A DNA stretch of 64,000 nt from NCBI GenBank assembly GCA_964106645.2, contig OZ067038.1. One strand, 5' to 3'. Source of the stretch: Podarcis pityusensis. Taxonomy: Eukaryota. The translations under genes and the position numbers were made by a program. Within the stretch, counting starts at the first letter, position 1, and the number at the start of each line of letters is the position of its first letter. Positions 34,701-46,700 of this stretch are shown piece by piece. The notes below the pieces were generated by a model. That model had not been told where the DNA came from. It made no database searches and worked only from the letters and a program-made list of their open reading frames with translations.

Positions 34701-37700
34701 ATGATTTGAAATACAGTATGCTGTACTGATCACAGTGTTTATGATTCTCATAGACTCCTTCAAAAAAGGGGATTGTAGAAAATAAAGATGAAACTCAACT
34801 TCGTAAGGTGCTTGGCAACCCAGGAAGGGCATCCATTAAGAATTCTTCAGTAACTGGAACGCCTGGCTACCGAGTTACCATTTCTAGTCCTTCTGCTGCT
34901 TCAACACCTCACAGAACAGGGCTGTTGGAAAACCGGTATGAAAATAAACTTTTAAGGCACTGCAGCCTTTGATATGCATTCATTAAAACATGAATAGCTT
35001 TGAACATAGTATTAGTAAACTGCTTTTCCATGTCTTTATTAACACTTTGGAAAATGTACTAAAAGCTTTACCTAAACTAGCTGGGAGGCAGTTAACCATT
35101 TTTACATTTTATGATAAGGCTTATGGAGGTTGCATGAGAATGTGAGTTGGGCCCACATTGTTTCCCTGTTGACTAAAGGATTTCTCTCCCCCCCCCAATA
35201 AACAGTGAAAGAAGGAAAAGGACACCACCTACCTCCGAGATGAATGAAGATTACCCAAAAGAGAATGATTCATCAACGTATGTTGTTATGGTTCTTACTT
35301 TTTATTCCCCTCCCCCCACATTAATTCTGTTGAAAGAAACTCCTTAGTCTCTCTTCACTCTTATTTCATAATGCCTTGCAAACATGAAGCACTTGAAAAT
35401 AATGCCTTGCAAACATGAAGCACTTGAAAATTGTAAGGATTCAGAAATATGGAATGTTGTATGTTTTTAGTTTGGTATGCCAGTTAAAAATGTTCTTCAT
35501 AGTTGCCCTTCATGGTGATTACTGAATGAGTGATTTGAATCTAATGGTCTTTTATAATTTTACTATTAAAATGTAAGTCTAGATTATTATTTTTTAGCAT
35601 CAATGAGTGTAGTTATGGTATTTTTAACAAGATGTATTGCTGTGGTTGCCAGTGGAATCAGTGGCATCCTTGAGGACTTCCCCTGAGGCCCACAAAGTCT
35701 TTGTACCTTCTCCTCACTCCTGCAAACTATATAGAGCTTAAAATGAAGTTAGAAGAGCAACACCCTTTCCTTTCCTTTTAATTTAAGCTCTCTAGCTTTT
35801 CAAAGTTCTGAACAGGCACCTAAGCAACTGAACAGAAAGAAGAGTGACTGAGTAGGATAAAGGGAGTGTTCTGTGAGACGGAAGGGAAACCATAACCAGA
35901 GGGGAGGCAGGAATATGAGTTGAAGAGAGCACAAATGGGAAGAGTGCTGTTGCAGTCAGGTCCTTTTTGTGGACTTCTTGGAAGCATTTTCTTGGCCACT
36001 GTGAGACCAGAATGCTGGACCAGATGGATCATCGTTCTCATCCAGCAACACTTCCTATGCTTTTAAGTTCTAGATGGGAAGAAGAAAGTGGGATCCTATA
36101 TGAGTCAGGAGGGAGAGCATGCCAAAGAGAAAAAGAATGGACGTTAGAAGTAATGTGTGTGCACACACACAAGTTGGATCTACAAAAATGATTCTCTTGA
36201 AATTGTTTTATGATTTTTCAGGAGTCCCCCAAACCACAGGTATCCGTGTCCATTCACTAAAACATAAAAATCATGTTGCAGATACATTGCAAAAATGTGG
36301 CTCAGAGGCACAGATCCTTATAAATCATTATAATTTTTACAATGTATCTCCTCAAAATTACAATCATATCATAGGTCACCTTAGTGTCCAGGGGTGTGTT
36401 TCGTTTTTCGCTATCATATCCTATACACAAATCATAAATGTCTATGCCTTGGGTCATTATTTTTGTGGTGCTAGCAGTTTCTGGATTTTTGACTTTGGTT
36501 TTAGTTTTTAATTATTGTGTGCTCTCCCATTGTAAGCTGCAATTTGATGCTTTTTTTGGTAAAACCATGCAAATTCAAGAAGATCCGTTTTAGTTCCACT
36601 AGATCTGACTTACTCAGACCCTACAGAAAAGCAAAAGTGTGCGTGTACACACTGTCTGTCTGAGGGAGTGGTGGGGAGACAAGTGAGCAGATAGGCTGGT
36701 GCACCCAACACCCTCTCAAAATTCCATATGGGCCCCCAAAATTTGACAGTCCCCGAATAGTATACAGTGGTACCTCCGGTTATGAACGTACAGTGGTGCC
36801 CCGCAAGACGAATGCCTCGCAAGACGGAAAACCCGCTAGACGAAAGGGTTTTCTGTTTTTGAGTTGCTTCGCAGGACGAATTTCCCTATGGGCTTGCTTC
36901 GCAAGACGAAAATGTCTTGCGAGTCTTGAGATTTTTTTTTCGCTTTCCCCCCCCCTTTATCTAAGCCGCTAAGCCTTTAATAGCCTTTTAGCAGCTAATC
37001 CGCTAATCCGATAAGCCTTTAATAGCCGCTAAACCGCTAATAGCGCTAATCCGTTAAGCCGCTAATAGGGTTGCTTCGCAAGACGAAAAAACCGCTAGAC
37101 GAAGACACTCGCGGAACGGATTAATTTCGTCTTGCGAGGCACCACTGTAATTTGTTCTGGAGCTCTGTTCTTAAGCCGAAACCGTTCTTAACATGAGGCG
37201 TGCTTTTGCTAATGGGGCCTCTCACTGGTGCTGCGCCACTGGCGCACGACTTCCGCTCGCATTCCGGGGCAAAGTTCACAACTAGGGGCATCTACTTCCG
37301 GGTTAGTGGAGCTCGTTACCCGAAGCATTCGTAAGGTGGACGATACGTAACCCGAGGTTCCACTGTACCAGAGATTTTAGGGAACTTGTAATGGTGGTTA
37401 ATAAATCTAAACCAAGGGAAGTGGTGTACAGTATTGTTTTACATAACTTATTTAAAGTTATATGGGTTTATCTGCAGCAATAACAAAGCCATGACTGATC
37501 CAGCACGGAAATTCTTATATAGCAGCAGGGAAAAACAGATGAGCTTGAAACAGACTGAGGAGAATAGAACATCAGGTAAAAAAATGATACTGTTTTTGAC
37601 CATCTTGTACAATGGCTAACTAGTTAAAACTAAACACATTTTGTTTTTATTTTGAAAACTGAGCTTCTAAAAGTCCCTGTATAATGAAATTATCTTTGTT

Positions 37701-40700
37701 CTCACTTGAGGAACATTAGAAGGGCAAAAATTAAAATGTAAACCATATGCTTGAGGATAGCTGAAAGCAAGGAAGTCCAAATGAGAGTTTTATCCTGATA
37801 ATTGTTTAAATGGGGGATTAGGAGGAGGAGAGAGTGCTACGATTGCATATTACAGAAATGAGTCTGCAATTTTTTTCTGACTTCCCACTGACTTTCCTTA
37901 TTATTCCACCATGGTGATCAATAAATTAATTCCCCCTGGAGATAGTAACTAAATTAGACATTCCGTACTTACATTGAAATTTAGGAGATAGCATTTTAAA
38001 TTTATTTTGATAAACAATGCACTGTGTCTTTTCAGTAAAAAGTAAGGCTAAAGTTGACTGTTCCAGGAGTAATTATAATATCATCACTCAGTAGATGTTT
38101 GCTGGAAACTATGTTGGGGAAAGGCATGCTTCTTTCTTCCTCTGGCTTTGAATCTGAAGTTTCCAGATTAGCAAAGCCACCCTAATAGTCTACATTGTGC
38201 CTCCACATATAATATAAAAGCACATATGTCCTGTCTTGGAGGGTTTTAAAATACTTTGTGTGTAATATAGTTACACAAACACCCACTTATATTGCATAAA
38301 ACTAAGCTTTCTGGCGATTAAGTGAAGCCATGACGTAGCTTATAAATCTCATTGCTGTAGCCAAGGCATAGAGTTTTGAGACGTGATAAGGGCAAAAGAT
38401 TCCCAAGGTTCATATGATGTGAAATATCTGTATTTTGCCTAGCAGATCTATCCATTGCAGTATTTTATAGCAGGGATGAAGCCTTCGGCAGAAACTAATC
38501 ATTTTAATTGTTGCATCTCCTTTGAAATATTGACTGTTGGACAGTTGTATAGTTTACTTTCTAAGACAGTTCTTACAGAAATTGATTTCTTTTTCCTTTT
38601 AAGGAGTTTTGCCTTTACAATCCTCTTCATTTTATGGAAGCAGATCATCTTCAAAGGATTATTCAGCTGGGAGTTCTAATTTGGACAGGTAAGTACAGCA
38701 TTCCTTGGCTATTTTCTTTCAAATTCTTGGTCATTGGAGTGCTCCATTCATTAAATGGTCTAGTTTGTTCATGAAAACAGCTTCTTATGTTACTCTTAGC
38801 ACCATTTCAAACATTTTCTGCACAGGAGTAAGCAAATCATAAAATGCTGGGTGCTGTGCTAATTGAATACATCTAGGTGATATAAGAGCGCATGCCCTGT
38901 CCTGTATAAATGGGTTGTTGGGTGTAGTGAAGGGTTAACCTTCTGTGTCTCGAGGCTGAGAGGAGGCGCTTACAAGGGAAGTAAGCCAGGACGTGAGGAA
39001 AGCAGCTTGGAATGCTGTGAGCTGAGTGAAAAGTGAAAGCAGCTTTGTTACGCAGCTGCAAGCTGAGAGAGAGTCGCAAAAATGCAGCTTCAATCAGATG
39101 GTGTCTAAGAACTGTAAATATGCTATTTTTGAGCAAATAAAGTGCTATTAGGAAAGAAGAAACGTGTGGGACCTATTTACTGACTGCCCTTTCTACACGA
39201 ACTGCTGTGCAATTCTGCTAATTGCTTTACGACCTGCAGAGCCACAGGGGAGCGTGCCGGACACCAAGAGTAAAGCAATAAATCTTACCTAACATGGGTA
39301 AATACACACATGCAGATCAGCCTGATACTAGTTAGCAAGACATTTTGGCAGACCTTTGTACCCAAGCAAAAAAAAACTGTGGCTCTTGGGTTGTTGCATC
39401 TTCCTCATCTACTAGCTGCGGCCAGGGAAGCTCCTTTTCTACAGTGACAGAAAACCTCTTGGTTGTTTAGTATGTACAAGACTAGAGTACCTAATGGTGC
39501 ATATGGCTTATGGCTGCCATTTAATGCCTTGTCCAAAAGGTAGTAATCAGCCACTACAGTCAGGGAAAACCTTTATGTTAAGCTTTCTTGGGTAGAGTAA
39601 TACTGATTATAGTCTACAGAAATGTGCACAAAGGAAAACTTGGAATGGGTGGCCGTAATTTAGCTAGGAGGAGATTAGAGCAGGGGTGGTAACCTGTGGC
39701 CTGCCAAAGGTGCAGCAATAAAACTGCTAGTACATTTGCAAAGCTAAGCAAGGTCCAGTATAGTTTCAGATTGGATGCGGGGGGGAGCGTGTTGAGATTC
39801 CTGCATTGTAGGGGATTGGACTAGATGACCCTTAGGGTCTCTTCCAGCTCTACAATTCTTTGATTCTATGACTACAACTCCTTTCAGCCTCATCCAGTAT
39901 GACCAGTAATCACATCCATGGGTTAAAGGGATAGAAAGCAGGTATTACTTTTGCTAAGACTGGTCTAGCCTGCTTCATTTACAACTGTGCTACAACTGTG
40001 TATTATGCTTCAAACTCCCATGCCTGTGGGTTATTCAGCATGCTAGACAAATTTTATTTCTGCTCATCTTCTGTTGCAGTATGTTTAGCACTGTGAGCAA
40101 TAATGGAAGTTTTCGTATTTTAAGTGTTTGGGCAACAGATGGCATTTATTTATTGGGGGGGTATTGGTTTTTGTTTCATTATGTATTTTGTATTCTTCTG
40201 TTATGAACCACCTTGGGATCTGTGGATGAAGGGCAGTATACATATATCATCATCATCATAATTTTATTTCACAATGCTTTATTCCAAAAGTGATCTTCAA
40301 GTGTAAAGTATTTTTAAGGAGAACTTGTTATACATATTTAAAAACCATGCAAGTTGAAAAATGAATTTAGAATTCTTTTTACTTCTACTTCCAGCAGGTT
40401 TATCTATAACAGAGAACTGGAAATGTGTTGCTGTTTAGTGGGGTCTGTGACTAATACTCAGAGGAGTCTTTGTAGGCTGTATAAATGTGATTCATAATCA
40501 CATATGGCCCTTCTGTGGATGCAAAGCATCCTATGTGTGTGAGAGGAAGAGGAAGAATGAACAAACATTTTGGGAGGCTGACCACCTTGTGATAACTTCC
40601 TTTTGACACATCCCCGTTCGAAGCATCCTCAATGCTCATGGAATATGACTGCTGCTATATCATTGGTGGCAGTAGCTGGCATTGTTATTCTTGAGATGGA

Positions 40701-43700
40701 TTTGGTGGCTATTTATCCATCTCGCCTTATAGGACTAATCTGTTGAATCAGACTCCTTCTGCGAAAAGAAGCTTGGGGTTTCTCTCTCAGCCAGCCCCTC
40801 TCTCTGTTAAAAAAATGAGACCTAACCAGGATTACATGGGATGGAACAAGCCACGTGTCCCCCTTTCCACTCACCCACAGCAGCAACTGCAAGGGTAAGT
40901 TTTTAGATTTTCAGTATCTGTGTGTGGGCACACTGTGTGTGCTCAGTTTAGGTATTGGTTACATAGAAACAAATCCAACTTGTCAGCTTTTTCTACAACT
41001 AGATATCCTTCCAGCACCATATCTCCACGTCTTCATTTTTAAAAACTATTATTCTTTGTGTTTGTGCTGTGTGTTTAACATTAAGTTAGAGTCCCTTTGA
41101 GCAGGGGCTGCCACTTATGTTCACGCGAACTCAGTATTTAACAATTTAATAGCTTTGTAGATTATTAAGACGGTGAGCAAGGGTGGACCAGAGTTACCAT
41201 ATTTTTTTGTGTTTAAGACTAGGTTTTTTTCCTTTAAAATAATGTAAAAAATTAGGGGGCGTCATATACACGGATACATTTCCCCCATTTTTTAAAATCT
41301 GAGTCTCCCCAATCTTATACATGGGGGCGTTTTATAGACAGAAAAATACGGTACTTACATTCTTACAACATTCCCTGTTTTACAAGTAGGGTTTTGAATG
41401 TATTTCCATCGTCCTAAATCTTTTCCTCTTCTATTTCCTTTTTTACCTCTTCGTCTGCAAATTAAACATGTGAAGTAATGATTCCTTGTATTGAGGATTG
41501 CCCATCAGGTTTCTAGAAAAGATCTGTGATAATAAGGAATCTCAGTGTGTGACAAATCTATTAGTTCCCCCTCTTCTGCATTCCTTGCATGGTTTGTTTC
41601 AAGAGCCTTTTTGTAAAAAAGAAAAAATTTTTTTTGTTATGTTTAAAGAAAATTAATAATATCTTCAGATGGATTTGTCACAAGCATCTTATGGGTAGTT
41701 TGAATGACAGTTTATAAGATCATGCTTATAGACCTTACAAGTACAGGTCTACTACTTAAGAAGCCTAAATGGAATCTGGGATCTAATTGGCTCTTATCTA
41801 TAAACATCATACAAAGGTTTGTTTAGAAATCTTTCCACACTCTGTTGTGTAATGTTATGATTGTTATTCATTGCATACTCCAAGCAGACAGACTCCTACT
41901 CCTAATCAGTGTGTGTATGCATGTGTGTGCACACTGTAGTCCATAGGTAGGCAAACTAAGGCCCAGGGGCTGGATCTGGCCCAATCGCCTTCTAAATCTG
42001 GCCCGCGTATGGTCCGGGAATCAGCGTCTTTGACATGAGTAGAATATGTCCTTTTATTTAAAATGCATCTCTGGGTTATTTGTGGGGCATAGGAATTCGT
42101 TCATAATTTTTTCTCCAAAATAGTCTGGCCCCCCCACAAGGTCTGAGGGACAGTGGACCGGCCCCCTGCTGAAAAAGCTTGCTGACCTTCTGTAGTCAGT
42201 GTGAAATATCTGTGTTGGAAATGTTCCAATGTAACAACTGTGTCACCTTGTGCTTCTTCACAGGTTTACAAACTTGGGGAATACCTGTTACATGAATGCT
42301 ATTTTACAATCTCTATTTTCAATTCAATCATTTGCTAATGATCTTTTGAAACAAAATATCCCATGGAAAAAAGTTCCAAACAATGCACTTATTAGGTAAG
42401 CACCAGCTTTGTGAGTTAAGTAAACATTTTTTCCTAGTACAGCTTCAAAAGAAGCATTCAGATTTGGCGTGCTATTTGTAACTGTTCTTGCATATATTTT
42501 TGATAAACTTCTATATTTTCTAAGGTTGCTGCTTTTATTACTGCAGTTCCTCATTTATTGAGCCTCTGCTCTTTCCTCTTTCTTTGCTATGGTAATGAAT
42601 AGATGTGTGCATTGTATTGAAAAAGTTTTGCAAGCACAATAAATGGATGCTTAGAAAAACAGTAAGTCATAAGTTTCCTGGTTATGTGGAGAGGGGCATA
42701 CCAAAGTTTGAATAATTAATACATTCCTATAAAAAGGGTATTGAGCCAGTCATTTTTTTACTGCTCATACAAGATCCTGCTAATAAGCATAACATATTTT
42801 ATGTGAGTTGATTTTAAAATACATGCAATATAATGGGAAGGAGTGTGAACAAATTTCTAAGGGTATGTTAATTTTGCAGATATTTTTAGCATTAAACAAT
42901 GCCTAACTTGCTTTTTGACATTTAAATGTCACTGCATTAATTTGTCCAGGCGCTTTACCCATCTACTTGCTAAAAAAGATGTTTGTAGCCCTGAAGTAAA
43001 GAAAGACCTACTTAAGAAGGTGAAAAATGCAATTTCAGCTACTGCAGAGAGATTCTCTGGTTACATGCAAAATGTAAGTATTTCGCTTTCTAGCAGCTGA
43101 AGTATTTTAAGGGGTGATGTGACCAACTATGGAAATATTGATGCAAAAAGAGTTGCATAAAATTGTACAATTTCCCACTGAAAAATACCCTTTAAGCATG
43201 AGATGCATTTGGTCCCGTGTCTGTATACACATAATGTGTGTTTTGGTTTAGTAAAATGTTTAGTTTATTATTATTTTTTGCATTCTTTTTTCCCTTTAGC
43301 CTCTCTCTTAATTTGCTTTTGTTTGGTTAAATTTAGATCTTTTTTCTGTTTTGTTGTTTTTCACCTTAAATAAACAAAGTTGTGATTACGTATTGGGGGA
43401 AATGAAAACCACAAGTACCCAGAGCTAGTAAGGAGGAGAATTTTAGGTTTTATTAAAACTATGTTTTAAAACTTAGTTATTTGGGATATTTGTAATTCAA
43501 ATTGAACTGAATATGTGGATTCTGGTATGAATGTATTGTTTGGGACCTCACCCTCTTTAAGAAATTGAGGAATTAAGAAACCAATATAAATTTGGTTTAT
43601 ATATAAGATACATTTAAATACATGTGTGAATGGGTCTTGAAAGTCACTATTCTAAGGAAATGTATACATGTTTTTAGGATGCTCATGAATTCTTAAGTCA

Positions 43701-46700
43701 GTGCTTGGATCAGCTGAAGGAGGATGTGGAGAAGCTGAACAAAACTTGGAAGACTGAGCCAATATCTGGTGAAGACAGCTCTCTAGGACGTATATCTGAT
43801 GACTTGTCAGCCACCAGAGTGTACACATGCCCAGTAATTGCAAACTTAGAATTTGAAGTTCAACATTCTATCATATGTAAAATGTAAGTATTTTAACAGT
43901 TTTCCCCCCTTGTTTCATTGTTCTACGCTTCTGTCTCCTCCTTTCCTTTTCCTCTGCTCCCCCAAAATCTGCTCCAGAAGTCAGGGTGGGTGGGAATTCC
44001 ATCACATCCATTGGGGTGGTGCTGGATCTCATGCCTAGAGAGCTATACCATCTATGCTGCTGTCATGTAATACCCATTACTACTAGGCATTCCCTTTGTA
44101 ATTCTAGCTCTTTTGCCGCAAATGATAAATACTTTTCTACTTTTCTCCCACCCTTCTTTTGTAATGTTAATGTTAGAAACAACTACTTCATTTTAATAAG
44201 TGCTATTGTTGTCAAAGAAGTTGCAGTTTGGACCTCTTTTTGATATCCTATTCTATTTTTTAATGTTTATTTTGGTTTTTATAATATTAAATAAAGTAAC
44301 TACAAAATACAGCAATATAGAATTCCTATTAATATAAATTACATGTTTCATTGCTTCAATTACATACCCTCTTCTATCTTTGGTAGTTAATTCAGTGAGA
44401 CTATTTCTCTTACCTCTTCCACTAAATATATGCCAAAATATGTATTTATTTATTCTACATGGTTTTTTACAGACTGGTATTACATCTTTTATGTAATGCT
44501 TATTCTTAAGATATCTGAGTATGACTCATATACTCAGAAATTTGGATATCTTTATGAGTTACTAATACAACTTGTAATGAATAGGGAATATGTGGGTAGA
44601 CTAAAATACACAAGGACATTTTTTTTTCAATGCAGGTGCGGTGAAACAGTCACCAAACGGGAGCAGTTTAATGACCTTTCAATTGACTTTCCAAGAAGAA
44701 AAAAACTTCATCCGTCTCGATCTATCCAAGATTCCTTGGACCTCTTTTTTAGGGTATGCAATATACAAGGCTTTTTAATATCATTCAGCGTATCTTTGAT
44801 TAACAGATCCTCCCCCCTCATCTCACCATCAAAGTGTCTGAATACTTCTTGCTATCCATTCTTTTCTTCATGCAAAGCTAAGGATGAATGCATAGATTTG
44901 CATGGGTTCCCCATCAGCTCTAAGTGAAGACCTATGTCCTTTGTAGGAATCACTGTTTGGTCAGGTGTGGTGCTGGCATTAGTTGAACAAGACTCAAAAT
45001 ATTACAGAAGCCCAAGCTTCTGCAGCAATAATCTGTTCCATATGTTATGATTTATTTAAATATTTATAAGCCACAATTTTCATAAAAGTACAACATGGTA
45101 GTATATACCACATACAAAGTTGCAATAAGATCAGTAAAAGCATTAATAAAAACTGCTAGGGTGAAAGAAATCTGCATTTTGAAGGCCTGTCTGAATAGCA
45201 CAGTTTTCAGGAAACACCTAAAAGTAGGCTGGGATGATTCCTGACAAGTCTAGCAAGGAAATCCATAGGGCCTGCCACATTAAAATCTTGGTTCCTAGTA
45301 AAGGCCAACTGAATCACAGGGGCATGGGGAGCCACCAGAAGTGCCCATCAGAGGATCTCAGTGATCCAGGTAGAGCACGAGGAACTGGATGGTTTTTAAG
45401 TTACTTTGAGTCTAAGTAATTTAGGCCTTTGTGAATTATGCACGGAGATGGGGAGTGGAATGAGAGAGAGAGAGTCAATGAAAATTGGTATATAAATCTA
45501 CCTTTGACACTGGGTGGCCAAGTACAGGAGAAGTTGCCTTTGGTTAGGAATATTAGAATCATTTGTCCAGTTTTTGTGTTTGAATCTCGGATAAGCGACA
45601 CTTCTCCAAGTATATTGTAGTACTTACTTTGGACAATAGCGCAGAGAACACATATTGAGAAGAAATAACTTTATTATTCTACACTGCTCAGCTTTGACCC
45701 CACACTTGGCAAGGCTACCTTTCCAAAACTAAGCTTATTTGTCTTACTGTTATTCTAATTATTTATTGAATTTATATACCTCCCTATACCCGGGGGTCTC
45801 AGGGTGGTTCACAGAATAGCTAGTTGGAACCTTCAAGGCAACTTATGTAACCATTTAGAGACCAGCAGCAAAATTCTAACCAACAATATCTAACACATAT
45901 GCTTATCAAACCTCATCAGTATCTAGTCACATTAATGAATCCTTTGCTGCAGTCATGTGCACATTTACCTGGGAGTAAACCCCTTTCAAAGCAGAGCAAC
46001 TGCTGAATGAAGATGCATGGGTTTGTACTGATTGATAGAACAAAACACTTCTTTCAGTGTGGCCATACTGTTGGGTTTAGTCATATATCTGAGCTGATTA
46101 TAGTTCCCATAAAGCTGGAGTCCACAGGGTAGCCTCTGCGCTAGACAGACACCAGCCTCCCGCAGAGCACTATAATCAATGTGAACCATACAATTTATTT
46201 GTCAATTGCATTCTGAAATAGAAAGTGGGTCTCTGCACTTCTGAGATAGACAGTTACCTGTTCCTAAAATAAGGTTTGATAGATTACAATCCTTGTATTG
46301 CATTCATTGTTTGTATTATGTCTCTTAGGCAGAGGAGATAGAATATTCTTGCGAGAAATGCAATGGAAAATCTGCTCTTGTTACACACAAATTCAGTCGG
46401 TTTCCCAGGTAGGTATATGGTCTTGGTACAAAATTGTATGAAAATACTAGTAACTTTCAGGATATATAGAAGATGAACAAAATGAATGATGGGTAAAAGT
46501 TTAATATTGGTTTAAAAGTGTCTGCCTTGCTCGATTGTAAATGTAGAACAAAATAATGTTAGCCCTGAAAATAGGAGTTCAGTAGATGGCCTTGAGGATG
46601 CTTTATAGCATCCCTGTTTGACAGAAGGGACTTGCAGCTGCAGAATTCTCATTCTAACAAAAATTGTGGCATACTTTGATGCTAGATGAAAAACTATATA

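Noticed and set aside
36800-37135. Short repeated units with variable spacers, superficially CRISPR-like
   Set aside because: They are subterminal and internal repeats of a MITE bounded by TIRs and TA; the host is eukaryotic, spacing is irregular and there are no cas genes.
44430-44927. 165-aa ORF
   Set aside because: It is USP37 exon 44636-44753 plus in-frame intronic flanks, not a separate gene.
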